Part shown: positions 1-12,200 of the stretch, in pieces
How the letters are laid out: each line of letters starts with the position of its first letter
How positions within the stretch are numbered: the first letter of the stretch is position 1
NCBI GenBank assembly: GCA_002633005.1
Contig: NMRA01000204.1
Coordinates: 4,260-68,259, forward strand
Reading direction: 5' to 3'
DNA length: 64,000 bases
Origin: Phoronis australis
Lineage: Eukaryota > Animalia > Phoronida
Translations under genes and position numbers: made by a program
The notes under the pieces: model-generated
Databases searched by the model: none
Told to the model about the DNA's origin: nothing
Seen by the model: only the letters and a program-made list of their open reading frames with translations

Positions 1-171
1 TTTGTCATCGACTCACACGCGATTTCACAAGAACTTGAAAAGAGAGGCAACTGATTCCATCATCGGGGTGCCCTCCTTGAGTGGCCCTTAATTGAGAAAG
101 AAGGATTTGAAGTAAAGAATAGGGACAGGTGTAGCTGTGGGTGTCATTAGCAGCAGCCCAGAGCTGGCGTG

Positions 172-300
172 CGTTCAGTAGACGCTAGGACCTAGCCAAA
201 AGCTAGTCCAGGTCACGTGTTCTTATTTAAAATACACGGCAATATCTCGCGTAATCTCGCAAAGTCTTGCTTTTAAGCTAGGTCCTAGCGTTACTGAACG
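172..300. mobile_element. MITE family A, copy 1
   Basis: Terminal inverted repeats CGTTCAGTA-(G)ACGCTAGGACCTAGC / GCTAGGTCCTAGCGTTACTGAACG; internal CACGTG; five related copies in the window. Confidence 0.8.
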
Positions 301-917
301 GGAGGCTGGACTTTATATCAAACATTCGGCTAAAAATGGAAAAGAGAGCGATAGATGACTCCATTATCCATTGCCACTGAGAGAGGGGTCCCTCGAAGAA
401 ATAAAACAGCTTTGCAATCCCTAAAAAGTGTCTTCTGAATCAATTTGTTCTGGAAAATCTTTGCACAGCGTTTTTTTTTTTTTAGTCTTTTCCGAAGTAT
501 AGATGAATGCACTTTTCAAGTGAGCGCAAACGAAACACTGTAATTGTTTAAAACTGAGGACCCTCTCTAACAGAAATGCCTTGGCGTAGATCCAGCCCTT
601 GTGTTTTTTTCCTGGATTATTCCTACCTGGGGTCACAAACCTTCCCTGTTTAGTGGTGGCGGTGCCCCCGCTTCTTAGTGCGTGTTGTTTACTGACGGCC
701 ATATTTCCTGTGGTCGGGTCACAACTTAATTTTGGCCAGCTGATCTATATTTGCATTTTTAGGAGAAAACACTGTTTTGATATCCAATCTATTTTTTACA
801 TGTAAGTGTTTACTTACATCTTGTTATTTTGTCAATTATGAAGTAAATCGGTTGAGCATTCCCCGGGTTGAAATAGGGTGTGCTGCTACCTATGGGCAGT
901 AGTTTAGGTGTTGGTAT

Positions 918-1292
918 GCTGTGCGTGAACTTGGAATTTTGCTTGATCTCAAGATTGCGTATGCGTGAACCTGGAATTGAATATTCATTAGGGCTATCAG
1001 GTGAAATTTTTTGTTCTGTGTGAAGTTTTGTAATTTTTGGCTTCACGGTCACCCATATCTCCTTTACCGTAACTTGTGTCAAAGAATCACGTGAATGATT
1101 AAATCAATCATTGTTTGGAGAATAAGATCGCCAATAGTTGGAAAAACGTTGATGAAAATTTACTATATTTTATTAACAAGTATTTTAATTAGTGCAGTGA
1201 AATTTTTAACAACGTGAACGTGATTATTTGAGTGAAAGTGTCAAATTTCCTCGTGCATTCCAAGTTTCACGCATACGCGATCTTGAGACTAA
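918..1292. mobile_element. MITE family B, about 400 bp, right TIR truncated
   Basis: TIRs built from repeated GCGTGAACTTGGAAT units; colinear in reverse orientation with 63283-63686. Confidence 0.8.
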
Positions 1293-1741
1293 CTTATTAC
1301 AGCAGCAGGTATTCCTCATGGGTATACTTGCCAACCGATAGTTTACACGAGGAACTAAAAAAGAATTTCCGTTTTGATGTTTTTAATTGATCCTTTGTTC
1401 TTGCGTCGCAGTAGGTGAAAAATGTCGGTCGACAGTGACAGTTACATTTCCTATGGCCAAGGTCACAAACTTTTTGGTCAAGTGGCATGGTCTGAATATT
1501 TAGCACAAAAGTCTGAAAGGGAGATGATTGCATTTTGGGTGTGTGTTAATATCCAACCTATTGTTCACATATAACTGGTCCTATATACGCTCTATTTAGT
1601 ATGCTTTATATTAAAAAAAAACGTTGCGCGCTGCATCGCATTTCACAACCTGCTACGATTGAATGCTTCTAAATTNAACGCAAAATCCTGGATCCGACCC
1701 TGACAATTGGCAATTACCACAGTGCCTGGATTTTTATGACT

Positions 1742-1860
1742 GGGTAGCTGTCAATAACGCTAGGACTTTGCTAGAAAGGAGAGACTTCGCGAGAGTTCAG
1801 CAAGAGCACGTGATTTTGGCTAGACCTTTCGCGCCGCGAGACGACTACTGAACTCTACCC
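1742..1860. mobile_element. MITE family A, copy 2
   Basis: GGGTAG..TCAATAACGCTAGGAC at left, ACTGAACTCTACCC at right, CACGTGATTTTGGCTAGA core. Confidence 0.75.
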
Positions 1861-3088
1861 CTTATGGCTGGGAGGCGACACTCGCTGCCTGTTAGTAGCA
1901 ACTTTCTTTCCCGCCCGTTTTAGACTCTGCGGACGACTAAAAACTAAACCCGGTATTGAAACTGAACAGCTGAAAAAAATTCAGTTAATTACAACAAAAT
2001 AAAAGATAAATAGTTATTGTTCCTTTGTGGATGAGTTCCAACGCCTATTTTGTAACAAGCCTGATCAACACAGTGGGCTGACTTTTCCTATACACCACTG
2101 ATTGTCAGATTTCAATTGAAATCGGGGGGTCATGTCATAGGAAATCGTATTTCTATGGCAAGGCCATCTCCTGTACGTCCACGGGTGATATATTGCCCAA
2201 GGGCAGTAACTGTGATGAATTTGTGATTTTTTGGCGGCATCTTACACGACACTCTTTATTTCTTCTGCTAGTTCTTGTTTGGGGCTGTAGTATTTGATCG
2301 AAACGCAAGTTGCGCGTTTGAATCTTTATTTTTACTCGAAGTACATTAGACCCATAAGTATTGTCGCTTTATCTATGATTAGAGACCCTATCGCGTCTAC
2401 TGTGTTTGATGCTTTGGTCATTTGTTTTGATCGGATGTTTTGCAATTTGTTCATAATTATTCCCTCTTCAAGTCAGCATAAGACGTGATTGCTGATACAA
2501 TTTTAATGCACCAGTTGACCGAGACGTGCAAAAGCACGGTGCGCCAATGGATTTTTTGGCGCCAATGACGCGAAGCGCGGCCCTAAAAATGTCCTCCTCG
2601 ATACTATAAAAAAGCCCCTGTGGCAGCTACGTCAGCGCTCGGCGTTCCTCTTGTTTCACTGAACAACAGAACGTCGTCTTCATATCGTACAAAGTCATCT
2701 TACACACACCATGCATACACCGAATTTCACTGGTAAAACTAAGTTCAAGAGGGCATTTCATGTTTAGATCCCTTCCTTTGGAATCAACTGCAGTGTGACG
2801 TCTGGAACTATTCGAGATGAAAATCATTCAGGAAGAAAATACTAACCCTTGTTTTTGAAGAAGAATATTGCGTTTAGTACCTCTTGGCCACAAATTGTAT
2901 GGCCCTCTGCACTCCGTTAACCTTAAAGAGGCATGGAACGCGAAAGCTCGTCAAAAATATCTTTTAAACAATTCCTGACGAGAGTTCCATCTCCATGGGT
3001 AATTCAATTTCCCCTGTGAGGAAATTTCCATAAAAAATCACAAAACCGTGAAATTTTGCGACTTTAAAAATGCTTTGACTTTTCATTG

Positions 3089-3244
3089 CGGCGTAAACTA
3101 ACTTTTAATGGCATGAAGTAATTATTTGTGGCGTAAATCAGAGTTAATTTACGTGCATTAATTATGCACGTAAACTTTACACCGCAGGTAATTACTGTAC
3201 AACGCAAGTAATTACTTTACGCCGTTATAACTTAGTTTACGCCG
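3089..3244. repeat. Nested inverted repeat (foldback) built from GGCGTAAA/TTTACGCC units
   Basis: Outer 13-bp arms CGGCGTAAACTAA (3089-3101) / TTAGTTTACGCCG (3232-3244); inner 11-bp stem TTTACGTGCAT (3148-3158) / ATGCACGTAAA (3164-3174). Confidence 0.75.
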
Positions 3245-3443
3245 AATATAACTAATATAGGCCGTTCATAATTAATTTACACTTCTTACAAGAATTAATT
3301 CGCGAACGTAATTTATGTGCATAACGTTCACCCAAATTGGCCAACGATGAACCTAGTCAGGTAGCCAAATGAAATGTGAGGTTGCCATGTACGACCCCAG
3401 TCCAGCGTGCACAGAAATCGTTGCCCCTGTTTCACAGTGACAT

Positions 3444-3818
3444 CAAGACCTCGTTAAAAAGCAAGAATTCGCGAGATTGCGTGAGGTATTACCGCGTATT
3501 TTAAAATGAGAACACTTGAATTTGGCTAGATTTTAGCAAGGTCCTAGCGGGTAGGCTAGGTCATAGTCTACCCACAGATCTTGCCCCGGGCCATTTTTAC
3601 CCGGCCGAACAATATTCCGAATCGTCTGTTTACTAAGCCTATTATCGTGTTATGATGTAAGCGCTTAGGCAGCCGTTCAGTAACGCTATCCTCGATAAAA
3701 AGCAAGATTTCGCGAAGTTACGTTTGATATTGTCGTGTATTTTAAATCATTGAAAATGAGAACACGTGATTATCATGGTTAGATTTTAGCGAGGTTCTAA
3801 TGTTACTCAACTCTACCC
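3444..3818. mobile_element. MITE family A, two neighbouring copies (about 3444-3550 and 3673-3818)
   Basis: Both share AAAAAGCAAGA..TCGCGA..GTATTTTAAA..AAATGAGAACAC.TGA..TAGATTTTAGC; the second ends ACTCTACCC. Confidence 0.75.
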
Positions 3819-5959
3819 TGCCTTCCCAAGGCTAACACTCTGACGTCACTGATAGCGTGTGAACTGATGGTCTGTGCAGGAGTAGCCGAGTCATGATTAG
3901 CTGACTGCTGTGCTGGGAAATGCACTGATTGAAGTAAACGGAGCAATTGTTAACCGAAGGTAATGAATATACGAAAACTGTAAGTTATTAGTTTGGAACT
4001 CAACGCAAACTTTCAAAACAATTAATCCGTGGGGAATTATGACTTTGAGGGAGCGGCGACTTCGTGGCGACTTGAGATTTTTCCAGGTCGCCAACTGGAG
4101 CGTTGTCTACACTTATAGCCAGGTCGCTTTAAGTTATAAATTTAAGTCTAATGAAGGTTTTGCTTTAACTCAGGTGCCATCAGTAGGCCTAGTGCTTGAA
4201 GACCATGTTGAGACCGCCGATCCACGTACTGTACTGCCGGTGTTGCAAGCAGTTCTCGCTGGAATCATGAGCTGAAGTAGACAGTGACCAGCTGTCCCTA
4301 GCTCAACTACAGACGGCAAAGATACTATATTCCAAGATGGCCGTCCTAGTGTAATTTGCCTGGTCACACATTTTGGAACAGCGCTACCTATTAGCTGGAG
4401 ACTAAGTTGTATTCGGAGACCCTCAAACCAGGTCTGATCCTGTGGTGAAGATTGTAACTAACTTGAATAAAAACAGGTTTTTTAGACATAAATCCAATTT
4501 TGATGAATTATGTTTATAATTTACTTGAGGAAAACATAATTTTTGATGATGTTATGGCCAATACGATAATTATTGTGATGCAATAACACTAGAATGAAAC
4601 AAAATGCCATTCAAATGAATAACAAAATTTTTCAGATCCCTTTGTAAGCATAGCAATACAATACAATATTAATCTTGAGGAAACATCATTTGTATTAACG
4701 TGGAAGTTTATGCAATTATGATAATATTTAATTATTATAATATTTAACTGTAATTGACTTAAGACTTTGCCAGGGCTATATGAAAGCAACCGCCTGAATT
4801 CAATAGAATGACATTTTCCACATGGTTTTCTAAGTATAGCTACAGAATCAAGTAAATACAACAGTAATTTATATACTATTTTAGCATAATATTTTATCAT
4901 ATCTTACGTAATATTTTTATCATAGATCTTGTTGCTGAAAGACACGGAATAAAATAAATGTGAATAATAAATAGTACTCACTACATAAACAAAAGTAGAG
5001 TAATAATAAATACGAGCATGTTTATCAACATCATTTTTTATTCTAATTTTGTAACACATCAGTTCAAAAGACATTACAAGCACTGTAATTTTAACACACA
5101 ATTGATAAATTGTATGAAAACAACATTCTATGTTTAAAATATATTATACAATACATGTCAATACAGATATTTCAGCTAAGAGACCTAGCACTTCTACTTT
5201 ACTAAAGTTCTGGAATAACTGCAATAAATTTGATTTTGCCAACATTTCAATAATTGTCAGGGATAATGTATGTGGTTTGAGGGAACATACACCACCATCC
5301 GGTACAATGAAAATGTTACCAAGAAAACTTTTCCCACTTATACCGCATATAATTAGTCTACTTCAGACTAATCAATCAATGTTATATATGACTATTGACC
5401 ATTTCATATGAAGACAATGGCATCAATACAATTCCTTGGGCATTAACCTCAAACTGTATCTCAGGGTAAATGCGAATCCCCAAAGTTATCAAAAAATATA
5501 TAGTTTAACAGGTTCACGGTAGCCCTTAATTTTAAGTTTTGCAATTTAAACACGCTCTGCTTGGGTCTTCACCAGGACTAATACAATAGTATCATAGCAA
5601 CTCTGATGTCACATAGACATGCCCCTTAAAAGATACTTCAAAGAGATCGAGTTTTGACAGACAAAAAATGAGACCAATTTCCACAAATAGTTAGTATGAA
5701 AGACACACATTTTGATAGGTTGTGGAGTATAGCAAGTACATGCACGTGCACTCAGCCTAAAAAAATGGGGTCTCGAATTTTTGAGAGTGTGTACCTATAA
5801 CTAAGAAAAGATTGCTGGAAGTGGACTTTGTCTCATTCTACCTTTTTCGGAGTTTTTGTTTCTCTGGGGCAAACCTTTTTGTCCATTACGCCAAATAGGG
5901 GGGGGGGGCTCGTTCGAGCCATATGGCCCAGAGCCCACTGGATGTGGGCATGGGAAACA

Positions 5960-6741
5960 AGCTGTGTGGGTACAGTGCAATGGATCAAAGAAGAAAGAAG
6001 TTGTTTAGGGTACATATTCTTCAGCAAGATAGCCGGAGGCACGCATATCCTGTGATATGCAGAGTAGTGCCTGAGAACTTGATACTAACACATCAAATCA
6101 GACTGTTTACACTAAAACAACAGTTTCTTATTTTTGTTGATTAGTGAATTGTTCCTCTTGGATATGGCGGCTACACAATCACAGGTTATGTAACTCTTCT
6201 AAGGGTTTACCTGCTAGGTCAGATCTATGCATACTCTGCACGGCCCAACTCGCACAACTAAAGAAATAGTCTACACACCAACAAGCAACATCATTACAAT
6301 GTGCAATCTTGCAAACATTCTCCACTAAACCTGGCCATGTAAGTGCTATCTCACCCCAGTTTTCACACAGTAAACAAGGCCAGCTGACCAGGACACTGGG
6401 ACCCTGACCCTGTAACCTGAACTGTAGACTACACACAGCTGATACAACTCCACTTCAATTTTGTTACATTCCTGGCAGAAGATGTGCAGCCACTACTGAA
6501 TGAGTCTCGTACGGCCATGCTGTGGGCCTCAGTGCTGTCAACTGCTAGTAATCCCTAATAGGTAGGCCTGCTACTGTTCTTATTCCACTGCAGTACTGAC
6601 TCCTGTTCTCCGATCAGCACTTGCCAGTAGTAGTATGGAATATATAATGAATATACACTTACCTCTCCTTATATTTAGGCAAGCGAAACAAAGTATTTTG
6701 TAAGCACCAGGGGACACACTGGCATATTTAAAGTCATCCAT
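5960..6741 (-). pseudogene. Decayed spliced THAP-domain gene, probably the 5' part of a P-element-like transposon
   Basis: Exon 6741-6663 reads CQCVPWC...LFRLPKYKER and ends in AG|gtaagt; its ATG is out of frame. The exon from 6257 reads CASWAVQSMHRSDLAGKPLEELHNL*LCSRHIQEEQFTNQQK*, and LIHCTVPT lies near 5965-5988. This reproduces the THAP C2CH signature (C-C, P, W, CSxH, F, AVPT-like) with stops and a frameshift. Confidence 0.72.
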
Positions 6742-6992
6742 GTTATTATGCTGTATTTGAGCGCCTTCCAGAAGGTGGTGCTACTTGTAACGCTGTGACG
6801 TATTTAGGTCATAAGTCGGAGATCTTAGGTAACTATAAAATCTTTGCAGACGGTGGTCACTGAAGCTGAAGGCCGACTGCAGAGGCACCTGTTGGTTTCT
6901 GACAAAACGAAAAGCCCACGTTGTTGCCCACGGTCACTCTTTCTCTTGAGTAGGGTGGAAGAACAACGACACATTTGTTACATGCGAAGATG

Positions 6993-7300
6993 TGGTTGAC
7001 ATTAAACTTGACTGCATTGAATGAATAGACCTCTTTTCATCTCTGGAGAACAGACAACCCCTGTCTTGGCTGCAACAGCACTCTTCCAACTCTGCATTTC
7101 TTCCCCTGGTACAAAGCTGTAGTCTTCAGCTGGCTGGCTACATTTCCTCCAGCACTCTGTCACAGGATATGCTTAACCCATTCTCACGAAGAACTCCACC
7201 AGCGTCCACTTTCTGGTGTGTGCAATGAAAGCCCAACAAGACATGCCAATGTGGCGGGGTAGACTAAGGTATCTACCATTCCTTTGAATGTTGATGGATA
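6993..7300 (-). mobile_element. Frameshifted DNA-transposon protein remnant, Academ-like
   Basis: Hand translation across frameshifts gives HSKE..VGLSLH..TRK..LRENGLSISCDRVLE..GVVCSPEMKRGLF..NVNH. This matches the GLSISYDRV / GVVCPP..RKGLF / DNIDH block I recall from large invertebrate transposases; assignment to Academ is from memory. Confidence 0.55.
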
Positions 7301-9117
7301 ACAACACCTGCTTTTAGATGCAACACTGAGAAATGTGACATTTCTGGTCTTGTGTTAGCCTACAAAGCTGAGTTATTGGTATTAGATACCAGCCCCCTAT
7401 ATAATTTCTGACCAGTGCATGAACCTTTGAACTAGGCAGCACATTTTTAACTAACTTGATTTTTGGTCAGCGAGTAAAGATTATTCAAGCTCGATTTAAA
7501 TTAAAGTCAGTTATTTAATCTATTAATTTATTTCAAATAACAAGTGTAATACATGCTCTTCATGAACAGCACTTTTGAGTTGAATTAATCTTCAATTTTA
7601 GATTTTAAGTGGAAAGTTAAATATTTTAAGACCAAAATTAAATAAATTGCTCCATATGTGAGATTACGTTTGGGTTGAGACTACAGACTGTAGAACTTAA
7701 GCTAAAATGCCAATCTTATTTTTTCAATTTCCATCTGTCTGAATGGTTCCTGTATTTGCAACAACATTTTTGGCCTTCATGTTATCAAGGAAGTCCTTGT
7801 AAAATGACCGGACTTGCAGAGGCCATTTGGGTGGACTGTCTTCACTCAAAATAACTCCAAGAAACCACTGGATACCGTCTGCAGCAACCACTCCCCATCA
7901 CTGCAAATGTGCCCACACAGTTTCAACTCCAGACAAAAGCGGTTTCATAGGCGGGACCCCTCTTTTTAAAAAAATCCCTGGTCCGACCTCCCTTTTAAAA
8001 AATCCTGGATCCATGGGTTTCTTAGATCAGATAACAACCTAGTCTATTATAATACCTCGCCATCCTTTGATAGAGCTTGGCAAGTTATAGACCTATTATC
8101 TACCACAGTTAAGTCCCTCAAGGTCACTAAAACAGAAACAATAACATCGTTTTTGGCTAATTATCCATCGTATTTCCTCGAAAAATGTGATTCCAACAAA
8201 ATTTCTTGAGGAATTCAAATTCAGAGGCCAAAGACATTGAAAAATCACTAGTTTTAGTCCATGAATAATTTAATTCAACCAGTAGTTTATTACCCCGAAG
8301 TCATCACAGTGTGGCAACTGCGCTCCTCCACACAAAAGAAGCTCGCTTTTCTTCTGACATCGAACTAAAAGACTCCGAATATCGCGAGCTACATGTACAA
8401 ATCTATTGGCAAAGATTACACAGCTGCAGTATAGGTCACAGTTCTAATGCTTAGTCCGCAATTGCCATCAAACCTGGCGCACTCATTTTTAGGGAGCTGC
8501 CAAGATCCTGATTGTGACTTTAGAGCTTATTGGTTAGTGGCCATCATCTTGAAATAGCTGCCATTTTTGAAGTTTTACGTGGCTAACATTGTTTTATTAA
8601 AGTGTGCATTATCATGGTGGATATAGATACCAATTTTGAGTAACGATTCCTCAGCGTTCTGCAGTCGGTAGTCTGCCCCACTGATAATTTAGACTATGAT
8701 CACAAAAGTATACATATGTGTCAGTCAAAGTTCGATGTTAAGTCTACATCTGAAAACACCAAAGACAGGGGATTAGTACTTAAAGGTATGTAGACACTAC
8801 CACCATCTCAGCTGGCCCCAATGGAGACGAGCTAGCTCCATCCCATAGACCCTCCATATGCTGAAAGCTTTTCGGTGAATTTGCCTCACACAGATTAACC
8901 CATCAAAGTTATGTTGAAGTAGCTTCTGTGGATAGAGGGACACCCTAGGAGGCCTAATTCCGGCTTTAACTTTTCTCACCTGAGACGTGAGTACTTGTTG
9001 GAGGTGGCATGTATATGGAGGGCCTAAGGGTGGCCACCGTCTTTATTGGGGTGGTACTGTCCGTTAGGTACGCTGTATATTCTTTTTTGTGATTCAGGTA
9101 TTCCAGTCTTCCACAAC

Positions 9118-9295
9118 ATGCACGCTTCTAGTAAACTCGCCTTCCAGATGGCGAAGTGTCACTTTCAACGACACTTCTCCGCCTCTTCTAGACTGGCAGA
9201 TTTCAATCGTCCTATTTCGGGTAAAGATGCGCCTCGCTCAGGAGGTATTGCTTCGATGTTTCGCCTACCCATACAAGACAAGTTGGATGCCAAAG
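9118..9295 (+). CDS. AGMAT: AGMAT coding exon 1 (MHASSK...DKLDAK)
   Basis: Acceptor ttcag ends at 9097; ATG in aacATG context at 9118; donor gtacgt at 9296 (phase 1); encodes FNRPISGKDAPRSGGIASMFRLP. Confidence 0.88.
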
Positions 9296-12200
9296 GTACG
9301 TGTATTGCTATTCTAGGAAAAGAAAGTTCTGTTGTCGAATGTCGCACGTTAGTTGTTTTTAAAATCTAAATGACAGAAAGGCAACTGTAGTCATTTATTA
9401 TCATGTTGGAATTTGTGGGCTAGTCATTGCTCAGTACGTGGTATCAGATTCATGGGATTTGGAGTATATTGTTGAAAAAGACCAACTAGATAATTTAAAG
9501 TCACAAAAGCCCCCTATCTTTGTTTTACTTCTGTTGACGAACATGCGAGTCTCCTGCTTTTGTTTCTATGCTACTCAGGTTTGGATGCTTGCTTTGTTGG
9601 CATACCACTGGATATAGGAACGTCCAATCGGTCTGGTACCCGACTCGGACCAAGGCAAATACGCACAGAGTCGGTACTTATTCGAGAAGTGAATATGGAC
9701 ACAGGTTGGTACCGCTTATCTCAACGCATTCAGCTGTTAATAAAGTGAACTCATAATGAGTACCCATCAAACATTTCTAGTCTTTTGCAGCTGTCTGTAT
9801 GAATGTGGTTTTATGCATATCAGCCAATAGGAATTCAATTTTTCATTATACAGTAGACACAGCCATGTGTAATCAAAAGTCAAATATTCACATACCCTGT
9901 CTTCGATTAAACGACCACTTACTCCTATGAAAATTAGTTGACTTTTACGACATGTGTACAATTAAAATAGGTGTTGAAATGCCGTTCTGTTACCAACAGT
10001 TAAAAAAATCAGGTAAAATAGTATAGTGTAAAAAATCTATTAAATGTTCCCTAAGCTTCGAGCAAAACTTTGTATCAAGCGTACGATACAAAGTGCTGAA
10101 TAGAAAGTGTATAGAAGACCATGTGTTTTGGTCAGTTGTGCATTTTGTTAGTGAAACATCTATGCAGGCGTTGAAAGAACATGCAAATGTTCTTCAGTAC
10201 AGTTTTCAATTGTAAAACTTTCTGTCTGCAAACATTTCAGGCGCCATGCCGTTTCAGAGCCTGCAGAGCGCCGATGTGGGTGACATTCCTTTGAATCTTT
10301 TTAACCTTCCAAAAGCGATTGGTGATATTCGCAACGGCATTTCAAAGATTACTTCGCAGGACTGCATACCACTAGTGCTTGGTGGCGATCACACGCTCAC
10401 ATATCCAGTGCTACAAGCTATAAAGGTTTGTAGAATATATAAAGCAAATTGGAATATTTGCTGGTTCATGAACTTGATACCGGGAGCGGCAAACAAGACT
10501 CTTTCAAGGATGTCTATTCCAGTTTTTGATCAAAACTGTAGCTTTTCTTGGTTTAGTTTAGAAAAAAGAAGGCGGATTGTTGAACCGGCTTACACCTTAA
10601 GAGTTAAACATGTAAAATATTGTAAGAATGTACCGAGGCATAAAATTAACTTAGTGGCCCGTCTTCCATCAGGCTCTGCCTCTGCAACAGTAGAGTGAAG
10701 AGCGTCCTGTATCACCCTTGGCAGCGACAAAATGTATATGTTGGTCAGTTAAAGTTCCAAGCCACCGCTCTCGATGACATAAATGCTAACCCTTTAACTC
10801 TTGAGTAAGACCGTTTATCCCTACAACACCGAACCTGGTTTCTTGCTTAACCAAGAGAACACCTGATGGCCTTAATAAGTTTGTATTTTAGGCCTATTTC
10901 TGGTAAGGCAGTGTCAGTCCTCGTGAAGCATGAGAATGTGTCAATGTTGTTTCGGAAGCACAACAACGTATAGTTATGTCTTTGGAGAAATGTTTTGACA
11001 GGTGGTAAAAATTTCATCCGTAGTGTATTCGAATTACGCGAAAAACTTTTGAGTGATCGTGTACGTGTTGTGGCGTCATTAAATCTCGTTTGTAATCACA
11101 AGGATGTCAATTTTGGGAAAACGGAGCAGAGAATTTTCAGTTTTCTTGTGTGTTGGTAGGCTGTTTTGGTATTCATTGTCAGGCAAAACATGGTCCTGTG
11201 GGCCTGATTCACGTGGATGCTCATTCCGACACTAGCGACCAGATGTTTGGAGAGAAGATCACCCACGGTACGCCGTTCCGACGTGCCGTAGAAGAAGGGC
11301 TACTTGACTGTCAGCGTGTGGTGCAGATAGGTCTTCGTGGGTCAACGTATGGGTCGGACGACTTTGACTTCGCGAAGAATGCAGTGAGTAGTCAAACAAA
11401 GCACTTATGTTCGGTTCCATATGCTCAAAGCCACATTTGTCTGTTTTGCATGGTAGTGTTACGACAAGTATCCTAGACGAGGATCTAAGACAAATTTTGC
11501 ATACACAGGCTGCCCCTGCAAAATGGTCCAACAGATTTGTAGTTTTAATAAAGCCCAACACAGAAAAGATATTATTATTGAGATACACTGTTAATGTCAT
11601 TTCGTTTCATTTCCGCACCCATTCGAGTTCGGCCCATTTTTGAAAAATATAAATTACTAGTGAAATCTTTTAGTTTCACTCTTGAAAACTTCGGAATTTT
11701 CATGGGATCTTACGAGGACATACAATTGACGATTTCACTGCAATGAAGTGCAATATGCATTCGATATGATCAGCTCCAAAAAGTCGAGCTTGCCCCAGTG
11801 ACCACTAGCCAAGTAAATAGTTAAGTTACCCCTACCGAGCAATAAAGTCATACCGTTCTTAGGGTTTCAGAGTGATACCAGCAAAGGAATGTTGGCACAA
11901 GTCTCTGGTTCCTTTAATGGACGAAGTTAGACAGCAAATGGGGGAAGGGCCAGTGTACATCAGTTTTGACATCGATGCCTTGGACCCAGCTTTCGCTCCA
12001 GGGACAGGTACTCCCGAGGTGGGAGGACTCACCTCTATTCAAGGACTGGAAATCGTGAGAGGATGTCGCGGTTTGAACGTCATCGGAGGCGACGTTGTTG
12101 AGGTACATAGCTCTTTAGTTTCAACTTTTGGTTGTTTGGTTGAAGAGACATTTCTGAATCACTAGGAACGTTTCTGTTCTTTTATGGAACCCATTCCTTT

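Noticed and set aside
8540-8682. Possible terminal sequence of the Academ-like element (GCCATTTTTGAA...TCTGCCCCACT)
   Set aside because: The resemblance is from memory only; no matching opposite end or target-site duplication was found in the window.
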